Source of the DNA: Alphaproteobacteria bacterium PA4
Lineage (GTDB): Bacteria; Pseudomonadota; Alphaproteobacteria; Sphingomonadales; Sphingomonadaceae
Direction: 5' to 3'
NCBI GenBank assembly: GCA_002256005.1
Contig: NKIQ01000017.1
Span: forward strand, 5,040-69,039
DNA length: 64,000 bases
In this document: piece after piece, positions 59,374-64,000 of the stretch
How the letters are laid out: each line of letters opens with the position of its first letter
Position numbering within the stretch: the stretch's first letter is position 1
The notes under the pieces: model-generated
The model's input: the letters and a program-made list of their open reading frames with translations, nothing else
What the model was told of the DNA's origin: nothing
The model's database searches: none
Made by a program: the position numbers and the translations under genes

Positions 59374-59557
59374 GCCTCCGGCGGCTGGGGCCTTAGGCCC
59401 CAGACCCCATTTCGATTTTCAATGCTGTGCGGCTCAGACCACCAAGGAGTGCGTCATGCTGAAACAAGTTCAGCATGACGATCAAAGACGCAACTCCGTG
59501 CGCGATGTCCACACCAACACATGGGGTCTGGGGCCCAAGGCCCCAGCCGCCGGAGGC
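59374..59557. repeat. family-A composite palindromic element (184 bp) with an internal 12-bp perfect palindrome
   Basis: Left unit at 59374-59408 and right unit at 59523-59557. The core contains CGTCATGCTGAA-ACAAG-TTCAGCATGACG at 59452-59480. Confidence 0.9.
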
Positions 59558-59581
59558 AATTTTTCTTCCTAAAAACTCCGC

Positions 59582-61300
59582 CTAAATATCGGCAAACACA
59601 TGCGTTTCCGCCTTCGCCCCCGGATGCGTCACCGCCCCATCCCGCGCGGAGCCGACGTTCTGGGCAAACCGCCAGATCGCGCCCGACTGATAATCATGGG
59701 CGCGCGGCACCCAGGCGGCGCGGCGGGCGGCGAGCACATCATTGGCGACGTGCAGGTCGATGGTGCCGGCGGCGGCATCGATGCTGATGAGGTCGCCATT
59801 TTCGATGAGGGCGATGGGGCCGCCGACGGCGGCTTCCGGGCCGACATGGCCGATGCAGAAGCCGCGGGTGGCGCCGGAGAAGCGGCCGTCTGTGATCAGC
59901 GCGACATGTTCGCCAAGGCCCTGGCCATAGAGGGCGGCGGTGGTCGACAGCATTTCGCGCATGCCGGGGCCGCCCTTGGGCCCTTCGTAGCGGATGACGA
60001 CGACGCTGCCCTTTTCGATCTGGCGGGCCTCGACGGCGGCGAAGCAATCTTCTTCGCAATCAAAGACCTGCGCGGGGCCGCTGAACTGCAGGCGCGCCAT
60101 GCCGGCGACCTTGACGATGGCGCCATCGGGCGCGAGCGAGCCTTTCAGGCCGACAACGCCACCGGTCGGCGACAGCGGGTTGGAGACCGGGTAGATGACC
60201 TTCTGGTCCGGGTTCCAGGTGATTTCGTCGATGTTCTCGCCGAGCGTCTTGCCGCTGACGGTCAGGCAGTCGCCGTGCAGGAAACCGGCGTCGAACAGCG
60301 TCTTCATCACCATATAGACGCCGCCGGCGGCGTGCATGTCCTTGGCGACATAGCGGCCGCCGGGCTTCAGATCGGCGATATAGGGCGTCGTCTTGAAGAT
60401 TTCGGCGACGTCGAACAGGTCGAAATCGATGCCGGCTTCATTGGCCATGGCCGGCAAATGCAGCGCGGCATTGGTCGAACCACCGGTGGCGGCGACAATG
60501 CGGGCTGCATTTTCAAAGGCCTGGCGAGTACAGATGTCACGCGGTCTAAGGTTGCGCTCGATCAGCGTCATGATCTGGCGGCCGGCGGCGACGGCGATTT
60601 CGGCGCGGCTGCCATAGACGGCGGGCGCCATGTTGCTGTTGGGCAGGCTGAGCCCGATGGCTTCGCCGACGCAGGCCATGGTGTTGGCGGTGAACTGGCC
60701 CCCGCAGGCGCCATGGCCGGGGCATGCGACCTTTTCGAGCGCTGACAGGCGCGCGATCGGGCAGGTGCCGGCGGAATAGCCGCCCACCGCCTCGAACACA
60801 TCGACGACGGTGACATCTTTGTCCTCGAAATTGCCGGGCAGGATCGAGCCGCCATAAACGAAGATGCTGGGCACGTTCAGGCGCAGCATCGCCATCATCA
60901 TGCCGGGTAGGCTCTTGTCGCAGCCGGCAAAGCCGATCAGCGCGTCATAACAATGACCTCTGACCGAAAGTTCAACCGAATCGGCAATGACCTCGCGGCT
61001 GATCAGCGAGGATTTCATGCCCTGATGGCCCATGGCGATGCCATCGGTGACGGTGATGGTGTTGAAGCGACGCGGCATGCCGCCGGCCTCGTTCACGCCG
61101 ATACGCGCGACATCGGCCTGGGCGTCGAGCGTGGTGTTGCACGGCGCCGAATCATTGCCGGCCGAGGCGATGCCGACGAACGGCCGCGCGATCTCCTCCT
61201 CGGTCAGGCCCATGGCGTAATAATAGCTGCGATGCGGCGCCCGCTCCGGCCCGACCGAGACGTGGCGGCTGGGCAGCTTGGACTTGTCGAAACGGCTCAT
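59582..61300 (-). CDS. ilvD: dihydroxy-acid dehydratase
   Basis: 572 aa. N-terminus [23 protein letters not shown], Fe-S ligand region [10 protein letters not shown], and a C-terminal [11 protein letters not shown] motif. Confidence 0.9.
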   Translation of the reverse strand: MSRFDKSKLPSRHVSVGPERAPHRSYYYAMGLTEEEIARPFVGIASAGNDSAPCNTTLDAQADVARIGVNEAGGMPRRFNTITVTDGIAMGHQGMKSSLISREVIADSVELSVRGHCYDALIGFAGCDKSLPGMMMAMLRLNVPSIFVYGGSILPGNFEDKDVTVVDVFEAVGGYSAGTCPIARLSALEKVACPGHGACGGQFTANTMACVGEAIGLSLPNSNMAPAVYGSRAEIAVAAGRQIMTLIERNLRPRDICTRQAFENAARIVAATGGSTNAALHLPAMANEAGIDFDLFDVAEIFKTTPYIADLKPGGRYVAKDMHAAGGVYMVMKTLFDAGFLHGDCLTVSGKTLGENIDEITWNPDQKVIYPVSNPLSPTGGVVGLKGSLAPDGAIVKVAGMARLQFSGPAQVFDCEEDCFAAVEARQIEKGSVVVIRYEGPKGGPGMREMLSTTAALYGQGLGEHVALITDGRFSGATRGFCIGHVGPEAAVGGPIALIENGDLISIDAAAGTIDLHVANDVLAARRAAWVPRAHDYQSGAIWRFAQNVGSARDGAVTHPGAKAETHVFADI

Positions 61301-61349
61301 GATGGCTCCCGGCGATTTTGACCGCGTTTGCGCGCAATTTGCTTACCGG

Positions 61350-62081
61350 TCAAGGGTGATTGGCGGCATTATCTTGCTGAACCGCGTTGATCAGCGCTGT
61401 CAGAATCGGCAGCCAGCGCACCTGCCCGGCGGCATCGCCGATCTCGTCCTGGCGCAGTTCCAGACCGAGATAAGGGATGCCCGCGGCTTCGGCATGGCGG
61501 TTCATCGTGTAGTTGAGGACGCGGCCGGAATAGGGCTGGTTGTCGCCGACGTGGATGCCCTGCCCGGCCAGCCAGGCGAGGCCGGCGCGGGCGGCGCGAT
61601 CATCCTCATTGTAGAGAATGCCGATCGGCCAGGGCCGGGCGTCCTCGGGCCGCGTCGCCAGTTGCGGGGTGAAGCTGTGCACCGAAACGATCAGCGCCGG
61701 GCGCTGGCGCGCGATCCGGTCGGCGATCGCCGCATGATAGGGCGCATGGATGGCGTCGATGCGCAGCGCGCGCTCGGTCGGCGACAGCGCCAGATTGCCG
61801 GGGATGACATGGCCGTCGCTGGCCACCGGGATGACATCGGCGACCAGCGGATCGCGGTTGCAGTCGATGACCAGCCGCGAGACGCTGGCGATGATGGCGG
61901 GAGCATCGAGCGCGGCGGCCAGCGCGGCGGTCAGGGGCGCGGTGCCGATATCGACGGCGATATGGTTGTCGAGCAGCGCCGCCGGGATATCGAGGTCCAC
62001 CCCCGGCGGCACCGCGTTGCTGGCATGGTCGGCGATCAGCAGCAAGGGCGCCGTGCCGGCAAGGCAGCGCGGCAGCGTCAC
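61350..62081 (-). CDS. N-formylglutamate amidohydrolase family protein
   Basis: 243 aa with LLIADHASN, SRLVIDCNRD and SVHSFTP, typical of the FGase fold. GTGA overlap with the upstream gene. Confidence 0.7.
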   Translation of the reverse strand: MTLPRCLAGTAPLLLIADHASNAVPPGVDLDIPAALLDNHIAVDIGTAPLTAALAAALDAPAIIASVSRLVIDCNRDPLVADVIPVASDGHVIPGNLALSPTERALRIDAIHAPYHAAIADRIARQRPALIVSVHSFTPQLATRPEDARPWPIGILYNEDDRAARAGLAWLAGQGIHVGDNQPYSGRVLNYTMNRHAEAAGIPYLGLELRQDEIGDAAGQVRWLPILTALINAVQQDNAANHP

Positions 62082-62848
62082 CCGAACACCGGCTTGCGCT
62101 TGGCCATGAAGGCGCTGACGCCCTCGGCGAAGTCCGGCCCGGTGAAGGCCGCGTCGAAGCCGGCGGCGGACGTCGCGTCATCGTCATGCGCGCCCTCGAT
62201 GATGCGCTGGATGATCGCCTTGGTGGCGCGCTGGCTGGCCGGCGAGGCAGCGACGACGCTGGCGGCATAGGCATCGACAGCGGCGACGACATCCTCGGCG
62301 ACCTGCTGCACCAGCCCGATGCGCAGCGCTTCGGCGGCATCGACCAGCATGGCGGAATAGAGCAGCCGCCGCGCCTGCGCCGGGCCGACGAGATCGACGA
62401 GCAACCGCGTGTCGTGCAGCGGATAGACAAGGCCAAGCTTGGCCGGAGTGATGCCCATGCGCGCCCGCGGGCTGGCGATGCGCAGGTCACAGGCCAGCGC
62501 GATGCCGCAGCCGCCGCCGACGGCATCGCCATCGATCATCGCGAGCGTCGGCTTCGGCGCGCGCGCCAGCGTCACCTGAGTCGCGCGAATGGCGGCCTGG
62601 TTGCGCGCCCGCCAGGCCGGATCACCCGATGCGGTGGCGAACTCGCCGATGTCGGCACCGGCGCAGAACGGGCCGGGGTGCGCCGATTGCACGATCAGGA
62701 TGCGCACCGCCGGATCGGCCATGGCGGCATCGACCAGGCCGGGCAGTGCCTCCCACATCGCCTGGGTGAAGGCGTTGCGTTTGTCGGGGCGGTCGATGAG
62801 CAGCCGGGCGATGGCGCCGCTGGTGTCCAGGCGAAGATGGTCGGTCAT
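62078..62848 (-). CDS. enoyl-CoA hydratase/isomerase family protein
   Basis: 256 aa from ATG 62848 with the crotonase motifs LLIDRPDKRNAF and PFCAGADI. The longer ORF N-terminus is Arg/Pro-rich and is rejected. Confidence 0.8.
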   Translation of the reverse strand: MTDHLRLDTSGAIARLLIDRPDKRNAFTQAMWEALPGLVDAAMADPAVRILIVQSAHPGPFCAGADIGEFATASGDPAWRARNQAAIRATQVTLARAPKPTLAMIDGDAVGGGCGIALACDLRIASPRARMGITPAKLGLVYPLHDTRLLVDLVGPAQARRLLYSAMLVDAAEALRIGLVQQVAEDVVAAVDAYAASVVAASPASQRATKAIIQRIIEGAHDDDATSAAGFDAAFTGPDFAEGVSAFMAKRKPVFG

Positions 62849-62897
62849 GCGGCCCCCGAAAGTTCGGTGGCGACCATAGCGGACACGCTGCGCCGCA

Positions 62898-62936
62898 CAA
62901 GAAAAAGGGGCCGGTGCGGGGGGAAGCACCGGCCCC
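62898..62936 (-). terminator. rho-independent terminator of the small secreted-protein gene
   Basis: On the minus strand: GGGGCCGGTGC-TTCCCCCC-GCACCGGCCCC (11-bp stem) followed by CTTTTTCTT. Confidence 0.75.
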
Positions 62937-63017
62937 AGAGGGCATCCTGGGGTACAGGATTCGGGAATTTCAAGAGGGAGGTCCCGGGCCTGGGGACTGG
63001 CCCGGGAAAGCCGTCGC

Positions 63018-63320
63018 TTACTGGGCGGTCGGGGCGGTGCCCAGGGCGGCCATGTCGGTGCCGAGCGCGCGAGCGGCGGCAGCGAACTTCTTGCCGGCTT
63101 CATTGCGGCCACCGGCTTCGCACAGCTTTTCACCGGTCGAAACCAGGCCCAGCGCCTTCTTGGCCTGTTCCGGCTGCGCCGTGGCGGCGAGCGTGCGGAT
63201 CTGGGCCGGGGCGGTGGTGCAGACGTTCGTGCCAGCGGCAACGGCCGGGGTGGCGGCGGCGCCGATGAAGGCAGCGCTGATGGCGAAAGCGACGGGGACG
63301 ATGAGGAAACGATTGGTCAT
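63018..63320 (-). CDS. small secreted protein of unknown function (100 aa, two Cys)
   Basis: AAGGAG SD 7 nt before the ATG. Signal peptide MTNRFLIVPVAFAISAAFIGAAATPAVAAG. Ala/Lys-rich helical body. Has its own terminator. Confidence 0.7.
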   Translation of the reverse strand: MTNRFLIVPVAFAISAAFIGAAATPAVAAGTNVCTTAPAQIRTLAATAQPEQAKKALGLVSTGEKLCEAGGRNEAGKKFAAAARALGTDMAALGTAPTAQ

Positions 63321-63595
63321 GGGAGTTCTCCTTCTTCACAATCTCGGGCGGGGACTGCCCTTCGGTTGAGCCTTACTCAAATCAACTGAGTGGAGCTTTA
63401 AGCGTCACTCAAAACTGGGTCAAGCGTAAAATTGAGTGGTGGTCAAAATTTTTCTTGTTGCGTTGCAACATGAGCTATGTCGGCCCGGTTGACGCTTACG
63501 TCAAGTGCTTATGTTGCAATGCAATATAGAGGGGGATGGCGGCGGGATGACGCACCCCTGCCCCATGAAGGCCATTCTGCGGATTCGGTGTGCGC
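63321..63595. promoter_or_regulatory. AT-rich, repeat-dense upstream region (candidate multi-operator promoter)
   Basis: Palindromes TTGACG-CTTA-CGTCAA, GTTGCAAC and TTGCA-A-TGCAA. CACTCAA..N19..TTGAGTG. The 9-mer TAAGCGTCA occurs in inverted orientation twice. Clearly lower GC than the flanks. Confidence 0.35.
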
Positions 63596-64000
63596 CTAGC
63601 GCAGCAGCGTTGGCGCCAGCCACCAGCCGCGGTGGGAGAGCGAGTCGGCGGCAGCATCGCGCGCCGACGAATCGCGATAGAGCGCGAGGCAGGTCGCTCC
63701 CGAACCGCTCATCCGCACCAGCGTCGCGCCGTCCGTTTTGGCCAGCGCGGCCAGCACATCGGCGATCGCCGGGGCGATGGCGACGGCCGCTGCGGTCATG
63801 TCGTTGCGCAGGTCGGCGAGCGCCGCGCCCGCCGCGATGCCGCCATGGTCGACACGGTCCCAGCCGGCGAACACCGGCCCGGTTGCCATTGCGACGCGCG
63901 GATTGACCAGCAGGATCGGCGTGCCGGTCAGCGCCACCGGCCAGGCCGACAGATCATCGCCGCGGCCGCTGCCGAAGCAGGTGCGCGACGCGACGCACGC
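63596..64000 (-). CDS. ispE: 4-(cytidine 5'-diphospho)-2-C-methyl-D-erythritol kinase, C-terminal part (5' end outside window)
   Basis: C-terminal GHMP-kinase region ...VRMSGSGATCLALY.... The reading frame stays open to the window edge. Confidence 0.75.
   Translation of the reverse strand, partial: ACVASRTCFGSGRGDDLSAWPVALTGTPILLVNPRVAMATGPVFAGWDRVDHGGIAAGAALADLRNDMTAAAVAIAPAIADVLAALAKTDGATLVRMSGSGATCLALYRDSSARDAAADSLSHRGWWLAPTLLR

Noticed and set aside
59083-59478. A 131-aa ORF and the 58913-59353 ORF upstream extension around the nnr start.
   Set aside because: The translations are Arg/Pro-rich, overlap nnr on the opposite strand, and run into the family-A repeat. Only the short lipobox-containing 3' part (59144-59353) was kept, at low confidence.
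63470-63529. A 19-codon Cys-rich mini-ORF (MSYVGPVDAYVKCLCCNAI) in the AT-rich region.
   Set aside because: It has no Shine-Dalgarno sequence and overlaps the palindromic sites, which are better explained as operators. There is no supporting evidence.

Overview
High-GC chromosomal segment (by eye about two-thirds G+C, not computed). Gene content and order suggest a Sphingomonadaceae-like alphaproteobacterium: the rpsB-tsf-pyrH-frr-uppS-cdsA-dxr-rseP-bamA-skp-fabZ cluster lacks lpxD/lpxA/lpxB, and a PEPxxWA-CTERM protein is present. I call about 58 protein-coding genes and one tRNA-Asn(GTT). I saw no rRNA, CRISPR array, transposase, integrase or phage genes. Most genes are housekeeping: gor, class II DAHP synthase, murI, katG, hemB, ivd, mobA, moaA, nadK, uvrC, ilvD, ispE and the translation/envelope cluster. 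Accessory or unusual content is as follows. (1) An HscC-like Hsp70 is translationally coupled to a membrane-spanning J-like protein whose HPD motif reads NPE and which carries two TonB_C-like periplasmic modules. (2) A small XRE regulator is coupled to two tandem paralogous 4-TM proteins sharing a DERERAERD loop. (3) Two VapBC modules have different antitoxin classes. (4) A pbpC / alpha-2-macroglobulin operon has an intact CIEQ thioester. (5) An alpha/beta hydrolase sits next to a WS/DGAT. (6) An orphan PEP-CTERM protein is present. (7) There are two families of extragenic palindromic repeats. Family A forms BIME/MITE-like inverted pairs at five loci. Family B occurs three times. (8) A 265-bp highly structured element with 29-bp terminal inverted repeats is inserted inside a family-A hairpin. 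All functional calls come from recognising motifs by eye; no database search or folding program was run. Start codons are best guesses. The many long ORFs antisense to real genes are treated as high-GC artefacts. The best candidates for something undescribed are the Hsp70/J-like trans-membrane pair, the XRE plus duplicated membrane protein module, and the nested repeat elements. None is proven.
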